DNA from: Candidatus Kapaibacterium sp.
Lineage (GTDB): Bacteria; Patescibacteriota; Patescibacteriia; UBA9934
Direction of reading: 5' to 3'
DNA: 64,000 nucleotides
Assembly: GCA_044350705.1 (NCBI GenBank)
Contig: JBILHA010000001.1
Location: 113,809 to 177,808, forward strand
Part shown: positions 9,283 through 18,304 of the stretch, piece by piece
How positions within the stretch are numbered: position 1 is the first letter of the stretch
Layout of the letters: the number at the start of each line of letters is the position of its first letter
The notes under the pieces: model-generated
Database searches by the model: none
The model's input: the letters and a program-made list of their open reading frames with translations, nothing else
Told to the model about the DNA's origin: nothing
Program-made: the position numbers and the translations under genes

Positions 9283-10316
9283 TGGATGTTTCTTTGCATG
9301 TTTTATCGTGGAATGGCGAGCGAGATCTTCCTGATCTCTTACGTTCTTTGCGCGCGCTTACGTATCCGCAGCTTGCCATTCGGTTTTTAGATAATGGAAG
9401 TATTGATGATTCGCGAAAGCATCTTCAGGAGCAAGCGCCTGAATGGTTGGTTGCTTGCAATCCTAAAAATGCGGGTTTTGCCGCAGGACATAACCAGCTT
9501 ATTTCTTATGCATTGCATCGATGGCAGGGTGAAGATTTGACGCAGAAAATCATTGTTCTCGTGAATCAAGATATGGTTCTTGATCCGGGGTGTATTGAGG
9601 AGATCGTAAAGGTTTTTGAAGAAGATTCCCGTATTGCTGTCGTGCAGCCGAAGATTTATCGGGCATTTCGTGCCAAGAGTGAGCATGACGAGCATGTTTT
9701 TTCTGATCTTCTTGACACCACAGGTCTTGTTCTCCGCTCGCATTGGCGTATGGAGGATCGAGGGGCGGGAGTAAGGGATGAGGGGCAATTTGATGCACGG
9801 CGTCGTCTTGTGGGGGCAAGCGGTGCATTTGTCGCTTATCGTGCAAGCGCTTTGCGCGATATTGCAGAGCATGGGCAGTTTTTTGATGAAGATTTTTTCT
9901 CTTATCGAGAAGATTGTGATATTGCCTTACGATTTCTTAAGAAGGGTTATCTTGCTTCTTTCGCTCCTCAGGCAAGGGCCTGGCATTATCGAGGTATGTT
10001 TGGCGCTGAGAAGAGGAGTTTTTTTCAGCGATTGCAGGATCGACGTGGTCAGCAATCTTTTCGTAATGCGTGGTCCATGCGTAATCAGCTCTTTTTTCTT
10101 GTGAAAGAGTGGCCATTCCAGGCCTGGCCTTCGCTTCCCGGCATTCTTTTTCATGAAGGAGGAAGGATCCTTTATAGTTTTTTCTTTGAGCCGGAAACCC
10201 GTACGTTGCTCCTTCGTGCCTTGCCAACTTTTCCGAAGATGTTTAAAAAGCGGAAAGAGATTTTAAAAAATACTCGTATTTCATGGGAGGAACTCCGAAC
10301 GTATGTCGAGCGTTAG
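9279..10316 (+). CDS. family 2 glycosyltransferase
   Basis: GT-A fold: LSWNGERDL...VNQDMVLDPG (DxD-like), C-terminal ED motif region. Confidence 0.7.
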   Translation: MMDVSLHVLSWNGERDLPDLLRSLRALTYPQLAIRFLDNGSIDDSRKHLQEQAPEWLVACNPKNAGFAAGHNQLISYALHRWQGEDLTQKIIVLVNQDMVLDPGCIEEIVKVFEEDSRIAVVQPKIYRAFRAKSEHDEHVFSDLLDTTGLVLRSHWRMEDRGAGVRDEGQFDARRRLVGASGAFVAYRASALRDIAEHGQFFDEDFFSYREDCDIALRFLKKGYLASFAPQARAWHYRGMFGAEKRSFFQRLQDRRGQQSFRNAWSMRNQLFFLVKEWPFQAWPSLPGILFHEGGRILYSFFFEPETRTLLLRALPTFPKMFKKRKEILKNTRISWEELRTYVER

Positions 10317-11124
10317 TTTAAGCATTCTTATTGTTTATATGAATGGTCCGCGTTTGGTGCGCCAAACGCTTCGGAATTTGCGTCGTATTGCTCCGCGAGA
10401 GAGTTTTGAAATTATTGTTATCGACAATAATGTAAAGGCGGGTTTTGTTCAGATTCTCAAGAAGGAATTTCCTGAGGTTCGTTATATTCCCATGGAGAGA
10501 AATGTGGGTTTTGGCGCTGCGATGAATAAGGGTATTCATGCCGCTCGAGGTGAGCTTGTTCTTGTTTTTAATCCTGATCTTGCCCCTGCGGCAGGGTCAT
10601 TGGATCGTATGGTGAAAAAGATGCGATCTGATGATTCCATCGGTATTCTTGCTCCTCAGCTTTTAAATCCTGACGGAAGTTTGCAGTATTCAATTTTTGC
10701 CTATCATACGCTTCTCATTCCCGCGTTGAGCCGAACATTTTTAGGAAAAACATCTTGGGGACGCAAGAGGTTAGCAGTTTTTCAGCTTCGTGATCGAGAT
10801 CATGATATTGAGCAAGAAGTGGATTGGGCGATGGGAAGTGCGCTGCTTGCCTGGAAGAAAGATCTTCTTGCGCTCAAAGGTTTTGACGAGCAATTTTTTA
10901 TGTATTACGAAGATGCGGATTTGTGTCGTCGTATGCATATGATGGGCAAGCGAGTTGTCTATTTCCCGGAGGCCCGCATGGTACACTACCATCGGAGAGC
11001 CTCTGCAGATGGTTCGCTTTTCCGGCAGCTGCTCAATCCTCTCACTTGGCAACACATTCGTAGTGCAGTGCTGTACGCAAAAAAATATCGTCATCATGGA
11101 GCACGAACAGAAGAGTCATCCTAA
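10303..11124 (+). CDS. family 2 glycosyltransferase
   Basis: SILIVYMNGPRL...IIVIDNN...FNPDL...YYEDADLCRRM, a classical GT2 pattern. Confidence 0.75.
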   Translation: MSSVSLSILIVYMNGPRLVRQTLRNLRRIAPRESFEIIVIDNNVKAGFVQILKKEFPEVRYIPMERNVGFGAAMNKGIHAARGELVLVFNPDLAPAAGSLDRMVKKMRSDDSIGILAPQLLNPDGSLQYSIFAYHTLLIPALSRTFLGKTSWGRKRLAVFQLRDRDHDIEQEVDWAMGSALLAWKKDLLALKGFDEQFFMYYEDADLCRRMHMMGKRVVYFPEARMVHYHRRASADGSLFRQLLNPLTWQHIRSAVLYAKKYRHHGARTEESS

Positions 11125-13042
11125 GCCTTCGTGGTCACGTAGGACGCGTGTCTTTTTTTGGATATTTTTTAGTGTTTTTTTCGTTTGTCTTTCCCTTCTT
11201 TTCGTGTGGGCAGGTATTTTAGGCACGCGCGTTTTTGCCCTCTACCAATCTACGCAAGCTCTTCAGCGATCCATGCAAGAGTATGATCTTTCTTCAGCTG
11301 AGATGGCACTTGAAGATGCGGGAGGGCATATTCAACGCATTGAACGTACGCTTTCTTGGACTCCTTTTTTCTCTGCGCTTCCGTATATCGGGGAAACATA
11401 TACTGCAACATTGCAAACGCTTCATGTGGTTGGTGACGGTATAGATATCGCTCAAGATGCGCTTCGTGTTGCTTCTTCGGTTACGGGAGCCATTGATCGT
11501 GCGAGTGTTGGAACCTCTTTTACTTTCCTGGAAGATCCTCGTCCGTATTCTGATTTTTCTTCTGCCGAACGCCGTGCTGCACTGAATGCTTTTGCGCAAA
11601 GCGCAACAGAACTTCGGGCGCTTCGTGTAGCCCTTGAGCTTGTGGGCCAAGATATCGCACGCATTGATGCTCAGGCGCTTCGTGTGCCAGAGGCGATTAC
11701 TTTGATGGAGCGTGCACAGGAAGAGATACCTCGTTTTATTACCGCGCTTGAGATTCTTGCACCGTTTGCTTCTGTTGCACGGGAGTTTTCTGGCGTTGAC
11801 GCAGAGACTCAATTTCTCATTCTTTATTTAAATAATGCCGAGCTTCGTCCTGGAGGAGGTTTTATTGGTGCATACAGTCTCATGAATATTCACGAAGGGG
11901 ATATTGTGAGTTTTACCACCGAAGATAGCTACACCCCTGATTTACTCGTGGAGGGAAGGGAAGATTATTATGTCGAGCCCCCCCTTCCCATCAAGCAATA
12001 CATCGGGATTCCTGAGTGGTATTTTAGGGATTCTTCTTGGTCTCCAAGTTTTGCGCAGACTGCCCAAGACGCCCGTCATCTTTTGCGGCAAGAGCTTGCG
12101 TTTGGCAGCCAGCCTGTTCCTGATATTCATCATGTTGTTGGCATCACTCCTGATTTTATTGAAGATGTTTTAGATCTTGTAGGGCCTATTTCTGCAAATA
12201 ACGTAACCTATACCTCCTCGAACATTTATGAATTGCTGCAGTATCAAGTGGAGCAGGGATTTGTGCATGAAGGTATTGCATACGAAGATCGGAAACAGGC
12301 GCTAAAAATTGTTTCTGAGACTATGGTTGATCGGCTCATGGAAATGTCCCCTTCATCGTTTCTTGATTTCTTCACGCTTTTTGAAGATGAATTGCAAGAA
12401 AAGCATGTTGTGCTTGCGAGCATGGATGAGTCCACCCAGGCTCGTCTTGAAGATGCGGGATGGTCAGGAACCGTACCGTACTCTTCTGTAGATGATTTTA
12501 TTTTCTTTGTTGATGCGAATTTGGGAGCTTTAAAAACGGACCCTGTCGTACGTCGTCATGTTATCTATCATCTCGAACCTGCGAATGGAGGATATCGCGC
12601 TACGACCACTATTACGTATACGCACACCGCGACCAAGACGGATTATAAAACAGGAAAATATCGTACCTATGCGCAGCTTTTTGTGCCGTTTGGGTCTTCT
12701 TTGGTGAGTACTTCGGGGGCTACGAGTGATATTGTGCGGGGTGACTCTCTTGGTATGACGAGTTTTGCTACGTTTTTAGAGGTTGATTTGGGAGAGCAGA
12801 AGACCATCTCTTTTACTTATGACCTTCCTTCTCCTACGGTAAATGCGGTGAAGCGGGGAGTCTATGCTTTCGGGGCATTTAAGCAGGTTGGTGCCGGGGA
12901 TAACCTTTTGACCCTTGACCTTGATTTTGGTACGAACCTGGTGGCTGCAGAGCCCCCAGAAGATCCGGATGATTACGGAGATACGTCTTTTGAATATACG
13001 TTAGAACTTATTACGGACAAGATTTTCCGGGTTATTTTGTAG
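11096..13042 (+). CDS. DUF4012-like extracytoplasmic protein (N-terminal TM anchor)
   Basis: Long ORF. Start moved to the ATG at 11096 (MEHEQKS...), which overlaps the GT2 stop by 29 nt. A TM helix follows (IFFSVFFVCLSLLFVWAGI). Resembles the DUF4012 proteins linked to glycan clusters. Confidence 0.5.
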   Translation: MEHEQKSHPKPSWSRRTRVFFWIFFSVFFVCLSLLFVWAGILGTRVFALYQSTQALQRSMQEYDLSSAEMALEDAGGHIQRIERTLSWTPFFSALPYIGETYTATLQTLHVVGDGIDIAQDALRVASSVTGAIDRASVGTSFTFLEDPRPYSDFSSAERRAALNAFAQSATELRALRVALELVGQDIARIDAQALRVPEAITLMERAQEEIPRFITALEILAPFASVAREFSGVDAETQFLILYLNNAELRPGGGFIGAYSLMNIHEGDIVSFTTEDSYTPDLLVEGREDYYVEPPLPIKQYIGIPEWYFRDSSWSPSFAQTAQDARHLLRQELAFGSQPVPDIHHVVGITPDFIEDVLDLVGPISANNVTYTSSNIYELLQYQVEQGFVHEGIAYEDRKQALKIVSETMVDRLMEMSPSSFLDFFTLFEDELQEKHVVLASMDESTQARLEDAGWSGTVPYSSVDDFIFFVDANLGALKTDPVVRRHVIYHLEPANGGYRATTTITYTHTATKTDYKTGKYRTYAQLFVPFGSSLVSTSGATSDIVRGDSLGMTSFATFLEVDLGEQKTISFTYDLPSPTVNAVKRGVYAFGAFKQVGAGDNLLTLDLDFGTNLVAAEPPEDPDDYGDTSFEYTLELITDKIFRVIL

Positions 13043-13051
13043 CCATATTCT

Positions 13052-14056
13052 ATGCTCGGAAAAAAGATCGGTATTGACCTTGGTACTACCACGGTTCTCG
13101 TCTATGTTCCTAAACGAGGCATCATTATCAATGAGCCATCTGTTGTTGCGATTTCAAAAAATGATCGAGTGGTATTGGCGGTGGGTAAAGAAGCGAAAGA
13201 TATGCTTGGCCGTACGCCTGATACCATTGTGGCGCGTCGGCCATTGCGTGATGGAGTGATTGCCGATTATCGTACGACGGAAGCCATGCTTCGCTATTTT
13301 ATCAACAAGGCACTCGGTGGTTTTCGTTTATTTAAACCTGAGGTCATGATTGCGGTTCCTGGCGGTATTACCTCTACCGAGCGGCGTGCAGTAGTTGATG
13401 CAGCACTGATGGCCGGCGCACGTGTTGCGTACGTTATTAAACAGCCGGTTGTTGCGGCAATTGGTGCGAATATTCCCATTGGAAGCCCAAATGGTCACAT
13501 GATTGTAGAGATTGGAGGAGGGACGTCAGAGATGGCGGTGCTCTCTTTGGGGGGTATTGTTGCTTCTTCCTCTGTGCGTATTGGAGGAGTGAAATTTGAT
13601 CATGCGATCATGGAGTTTGTACGCCGTACATATAACGTTGCTATTGGTGAGCGGACTGCTGAGGAGATTAAGATTGCGGTTGGGTCTGCGCTCTTTATGC
13701 CTGACAAGCTTCGTACAGAAGTGAAGGGCCGTGATATGATTACTGGTTTGCCAAAAATTATTGAAGTAACGAGTGATGACGTTACTGAGGCACTTCAGTC
13801 GCATTTGGAGGATCTCATCGTTGCCCTTAAGATTGTGCTTTCTCAGACCCCTCCCGAGCTTGCTGCTGATGTTATGGATAAAGGCATCGTCCTTTCCGGG
13901 GGAACGAGCCAGCTCCGTAATTTGGATCGCTTAATCGCCGATGCAACGGGAGTCCCTGCATATGTTGCAGATGAACCTCAGCTTTGCGTTGCGCGAGGAA
14001 CTGGTTTGGCTTTAGAAAATCTTGATGCCTATAAGCGGAGTTTGTTTTACACCTAA
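13052..14056 (+). CDS. mreB: rod-shape-determining actin homologue MreB
   Basis: MLGKKIGIDLGTT...GGGTSE...LSGGTSQLRNLD, the canonical MreB/actin-fold motifs. Confidence 0.9.
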   Translation: MLGKKIGIDLGTTTVLVYVPKRGIIINEPSVVAISKNDRVVLAVGKEAKDMLGRTPDTIVARRPLRDGVIADYRTTEAMLRYFINKALGGFRLFKPEVMIAVPGGITSTERRAVVDAALMAGARVAYVIKQPVVAAIGANIPIGSPNGHMIVEIGGGTSEMAVLSLGGIVASSSVRIGGVKFDHAIMEFVRRTYNVAIGERTAEEIKIAVGSALFMPDKLRTEVKGRDMITGLPKIIEVTSDDVTEALQSHLEDLIVALKIVLSQTPPELAADVMDKGIVLSGGTSQLRNLDRLIADATGVPAYVADEPQLCVARGTGLALENLDAYKRSLFYT

Positions 14057-14067
14057 GCTTCAGAAGC

Positions 14068-14781
14068 ATGTTCGAGCGTTTTTCCCATCATCTTGCTACT
14101 GTTCCTGACGGTGGCTCTTGGCTCTTTTTAGGTGCGCCCCGTGAAGAGGTGTTTGCCCGTGTTTTTGCTATTATACAAGGTCATTTGGGGGTTTCTGCCG
14201 AGGCCATTACTGTGCATCCGGATGTCCATGTAGTTCGTGCTCCAGAAGAGAAGACTGCTACCGGGAGACAGCGCGTGCTTTCAGTTGAGGATATTCGTGA
14301 TGTTCTTGAGCGTCTTTCGCTCACTGCTCTCACAGGAAAAAAGTATCTCTTTCTTCCTGACGCTGATTGGCTTAGTGAATCTGCTCAGAATGCGCTTTTG
14401 AAAATGATCGAAGATCCGGCTGGAAGTTTAGTTGCATGTTTTTTTGCAGAGGATATTTCGCGCATTGTTGCTCCTTTGCGTTCTCGTCTTTTTCTTTATC
14501 GTCTCGCGCCTTTAGCCCAGCCGGTTTGGCAGGGAAGTTCAGAGAATGATCCGGAGATTTTTCTTGCTTCATCGATCAGGAATCGGCTTTCGCTTATTGA
14601 GCGCTTGGTTAAAGAAGGTAAGGGAGATGTTGATTTGCTTTTGTCTTGGCTCATGGTTTTGCAGCGTATTGCAGCCGAAAGAGGAGAGGGGAAGCTTTTT
14701 CTTGCGTCTGTTACGGCCTGGGATGATATCCGAGCACAGGGGAATATTCACGCAGCTCTTACGCGTATGGTATTTGCGTAG
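14068..14781 (+). CDS. holB: DNA polymerase III delta'-like clamp-loader subunit (degenerate)
   Basis: Size, position and AAA+-like lid region fit delta', but no intact Walker A motif is visible. Confidence 0.4.
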   Translation: MFERFSHHLATVPDGGSWLFLGAPREEVFARVFAIIQGHLGVSAEAITVHPDVHVVRAPEEKTATGRQRVLSVEDIRDVLERLSLTALTGKKYLFLPDADWLSESAQNALLKMIEDPAGSLVACFFAEDISRIVAPLRSRLFLYRLAPLAQPVWQGSSENDPEIFLASSIRNRLSLIERLVKEGKGDVDLLLSWLMVLQRIAAERGEGKLFLASVTAWDDIRAQGNIHAALTRMVFA

Positions 14782-14834
14782 GCAGTGTAGCGTTTACCGT
14801 TCTTTGTTTTTTATACGGTATAATCTCTCCATCT

Positions 14835-15890
14835 ATGCGTTCTCTTCGTTTTTCTGCAGCACTTGCTGCGGCACTTGTACTTCTTGGGGCGGGATGCTTG
14901 GGGGGAGGTTCTTCGCCAAAATCTTCTACCGGTGGAATGTGGGTTTCTCAAAATGCGGGAGGGAGTTGGACGGCGATGCATGCTCTTCCAAGTGCTGCAG
15001 GAGTAGGAAGTATGGGGAATGTAGATATCCTCTCTTTTGCGGTTGATCCTTCGGATTCGTCAGCATTATATGCCGGTTCGAAGGGTTCCGGCCTCTTCGT
15101 TTCCTTAGATGGAGGCGCAACATGGACGCGGCCAGAGGAAAAAGAGGTTTCTTCGGGAACGATTCTTGATTTGGCGGTATCAAGTAATGATGTGTGTACG
15201 TATTATGTTTTGAAAGCGGACCGTCTCATGAAAACCACAAGCTGTGGCCGCGAATTTGATACGCAAACGTACGTAGAAGGCCGTACGAATGAGGCGCTTA
15301 CTACATTTGCGCTTGATTGGTATAACCCGAATATTCTTTATTTGGGCACGACCGCAGGGGAGATCTTAAAGTCTTCTGATGGTGGAGAAACCTGGACTGC
15401 GGCTTACTCGGTGAAAGATTCTATATCTGCGCTTGAGATAAGCAATGCGGATAGTCGTTTTGTCATTGCGGGAGGACAGCGTACCGGTTTGTATCGTTCA
15501 GAAGATGGGGGAGCAAATTGGATTTCTTTAGAAGATGCGCTTGATGATATGCGAGGTGCTGATCGGGTATATGCACTCGCTCAATCAGGAGATGGAACGC
15601 AGCTTGTTGCTTCAACGAAGTATGGACTCCTTACCTCAGGGGATAAGGGCCTTACGTGGAAAGGAGTTTCTCTTCTCACGGCATCAGGAGATGTGACTAT
15701 TAGTGCACTTGCTGTTGACCCTGATGAAAAAAATACGATTGTATACGGCACTCCTACTGCCCTTTACGTTACGACCGATGGCGGTTCCACGTGGTCAACT
15801 GAAGAATTGCCGACTTCTCGCGCAGCTTCGGTATTGCACGTCATGGAAGATGGCTCTTTTTGGCTCGGGGTACAAACCTTGGAAGATTAA
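14835..15890 (+). CDS. BNR/Asp-box repeat beta-propeller lipoprotein (Ycf48-like)
   Basis: Signal peptide with lipobox (LLGAGC). Six S-x-D-G-G-x-T-W Asp-box repeats. Confidence 0.65.
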   Translation: MRSLRFSAALAAALVLLGAGCLGGGSSPKSSTGGMWVSQNAGGSWTAMHALPSAAGVGSMGNVDILSFAVDPSDSSALYAGSKGSGLFVSLDGGATWTRPEEKEVSSGTILDLAVSSNDVCTYYVLKADRLMKTTSCGREFDTQTYVEGRTNEALTTFALDWYNPNILYLGTTAGEILKSSDGGETWTAAYSVKDSISALEISNADSRFVIAGGQRTGLYRSEDGGANWISLEDALDDMRGADRVYALAQSGDGTQLVASTKYGLLTSGDKGLTWKGVSLLTASGDVTISALAVDPDEKNTIVYGTPTALYVTTDGGSTWSTEELPTSRAASVLHVMEDGSFWLGVQTLED

Positions 15891-15947
15891 GGACATATTT
15901 GACGCAAAAAATCCTCCCTGTACACTAAGGGGAGGATTTTTTGTCTT

Positions 15948-16490
15948 ATGCCTCAACTCTCTGAAACTAAAAAGTTATTTACTCAAGCGGTAGATCATCT
16001 TGCGGCTGAACTTTCTACTCTTCGTACGGGACGTGCAACTCCTGCAATTCTTGATCACGTGCAGGTCGAAGCCTATGGAACCTATCAGCCTATTAAGGCG
16101 CTTGCTTCGCTTTCTACTCCTGATAGTAAAACGCTTCAGATTGATCCTTGGGATAATTCAGTAGTAAAAGCTATTGAATCTGCGATTGTTGCTTCTGACA
16201 TTGGGATTATGCCTATTGTGGATGGAAAGACCATTCGTTTGGTTATGCCGATGATGACTGAAGAGAATCGCAAGAGGCTTGTGAAGGTCGCTAGTGAAAA
16301 GCTGGAGGATGCGCGTGTTGCGGTTCGTCGTATACGCGAAGAAGTGCGAAAGGATATTGCGAAGCAGACCGGTGTGGGGGAGGATGCAATTCGTAAAGAG
16401 CAGGAGGATTTGGATAAAATGACGAAGGAATTTGTTGCTCAAATTGATGCTTTAGGGCAGAAGAAGGAGGAGGAAATTATGAAGGTATAA
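15948..16490 (+). CDS. frr: ribosome recycling factor
   Basis: 180 aa, conserved RRF sequence throughout (LRTGRATPAILDHVQVEAYG...). Confidence 0.9.
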   Translation: MPQLSETKKLFTQAVDHLAAELSTLRTGRATPAILDHVQVEAYGTYQPIKALASLSTPDSKTLQIDPWDNSVVKAIESAIVASDIGIMPIVDGKTIRLVMPMMTEENRKRLVKVASEKLEDARVAVRRIREEVRKDIAKQTGVGEDAIRKEQEDLDKMTKEFVAQIDALGQKKEEEIMKV

Positions 16491-16582
16491 AAAACCCGAA
16501 TTTTTGTTTTTTCTTCCACATGCTTTTCGTGACTTTTCTTGAATTTTGCTTATACTTCGTTTGATTTAGAAATTAATATTTT

Positions 16583-18178
16583 ATGGAAAAATCTTTTTAT
16601 TCTCGTGCGCGTTTCCTTTCCGCATCATTTTTCGTTGCGGCATTTTTTTTAGGTGGTTCATTTCTTATTTCTTCATTTGCACAAGCAGCCGTACCTTCGG
16701 GATTTATAATCGGATCTTATGGAGATGCTGATAATGACGGTACCGTCGATCACATCATTGTAGGTATTGATAGCGCTGGAGAAGATCTTACCACGTGCAA
16801 TGTTTCTGCTGGTGAAGTTGCATCTGATTGGACGTATAACGGAGGTGCTATTGGTGGAACTTTGGGAAGTGCTACGTGTGTTCTCATTGGAGAACCGGCT
16901 ATTACTTTTCAAATCGTTGGAGCGAATGAAGGGGTCACGGGTGCTGATCCTGGGCCGACCATTTCTTATGCAAACGGAGATGCCGATAACTCTATTGCTA
17001 ACGCAAGCGGAAGCCTTGCGGGTGGCGGACCGCTTGAATTAAATGATTATGCTGCACCGTTTCTTTTACAAACATCCATTAACGATAATGCAATTCTTGG
17101 TCGTTACGATGATGTTATGTTCCTTTTTTCTGAAAACGTAAGCCAACTCGATATTTCTCTTTATCTTGGCTCTACACTTCGATATACCGTTGATGATGCT
17201 TCTCCTTATGTTGTTTGGATGGATGAAAAATCTTTTAACCTTAACTTTCCTCCGCTTTCTGGGGGAAGCTATACGCTTCAGGATTTTGCCTTTGAAGATG
17301 GTATGGGAAATCCAGGAGTAGTAGCTATTAGCGATCCTCTTCCTTTTCGTGTTCGCTCTTTGGGCGATGATGATGCCGCTCCGGAGACTTCGACTCCAGA
17401 TTCTTCCGTTGCAGTTCTCACTCCTGCCGAAGGTGAATGGATTTCGAGCGGTTCGGTTGTAGATGTTACGTGGTCTTCTTCTGTGGAGAGTGCTTCTTAC
17501 GCAACACTTTCTTACTCACTTGATAACGGATCGACGTGGATGGAAATCGTTCGCAACACCTTGAACGACGGTGCATACGCATGGATGACTCCTTCGGTTG
17601 AAGCTGACGAAGCAATGGTGAAAGTAGTTCTTACCGATCTTGCTGACGAAATTGCCTCTGATACTTCCGAAGCATTTGTTCTTTCGTCTGCTGAAGCCTC
17701 CGATGATGTTCAGGCTAATATTGATGGCGTTGTTGCAGGATCCTTTATTAAGACTTCCGGATCTCCCACAATCTATTACGTCGACGAAGACATGAGCCGC
17801 CGTCCCTTCTTTGATGCTCAGACGTACTTTACCTACGAAGACGATTTTGATGCCGTGACCGAGGTTTCGAGTAATACGCTTGCAAAGTTCTCCATTGGCG
17901 CACCGATGATGCCAAAGCCAGGTGTGGTTTTGGTCAAGATCCAGTCAGTTGCAAAGGTGTATATGGTAGAAGAAGCTGCAGATGGCTCCTATGAACTTCG
18001 CTGGATTACGAGCGAAGAGGTCGCAGAAGATATGTTCGGTTCCCAGTGGTCTTCTTATGTGCTCGATGTAGACGCGACTCTTTTTACGCGCTACGAGATG
18101 GGTGATGATGTCACCGATGCGGATGACGAAAGTGTAGATCGTGACATGATGAAAATGCGCATGCATTTGCATGAGTAA
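16583..18178 (+). CDS. secreted repeat protein, paralogue A
   Basis: Signal peptide. N-terminal domain shared with paralogue B (ISYANGDADNSIANASG), a central ASYATLSYSxDxGSTW domain, and a C-terminal 136 aa identical to paralogue B. Confidence 0.7.
   Translation: MEKSFYSRARFLSASFFVAAFFLGGSFLISSFAQAAVPSGFIIGSYGDADNDGTVDHIIVGIDSAGEDLTTCNVSAGEVASDWTYNGGAIGGTLGSATCVLIGEPAITFQIVGANEGVTGADPGPTISYANGDADNSIANASGSLAGGGPLELNDYAAPFLLQTSINDNAILGRYDDVMFLFSENVSQLDISLYLGSTLRYTVDDASPYVVWMDEKSFNLNFPPLSGGSYTLQDFAFEDGMGNPGVVAISDPLPFRVRSLGDDDAAPETSTPDSSVAVLTPAEGEWISSGSVVDVTWSSSVESASYATLSYSLDNGSTWMEIVRNTLNDGAYAWMTPSVEADEAMVKVVLTDLADEIASDTSEAFVLSSAEASDDVQANIDGVVAGSFIKTSGSPTIYYVDEDMSRRPFFDAQTYFTYEDDFDAVTEVSSNTLAKFSIGAPMMPKPGVVLVKIQSVAKVYMVEEAADGSYELRWITSEEVAEDMFGSQWSSYVLDVDATLFTRYEMGDDVTDADDESVDRDMMKMRMHLHE
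17771..18178 (+). repeat. 408-bp perfect direct repeat, copy 1 (3' end of paralogue A)
   Basis: Identical nucleotide-for-nucleotide to 19526..19933 when read directly. Identity ends exactly at the stop codon. Confidence 0.9.
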
Positions 18179-18192
18179 GTGATACTGTAGGC

Positions 18193-18230
18193 AAAAAAGA
18201 CGCTTTTCTAAGCGTCTTTTTTCTTTTTCA
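18193..18230 (+). terminator. rho-independent terminator
   Basis: AAGACGCTT-TTCTA-AGCGTCTT followed by a T-run. Confidence 0.7.
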
Positions 18231-18304
18231 TCCACAGAAAATACAGGGAGGAAATTTCTCTTGGGTTATACTCAAGCAAATTCTTTGAGGATTGGTTTTT
18301 CTTT

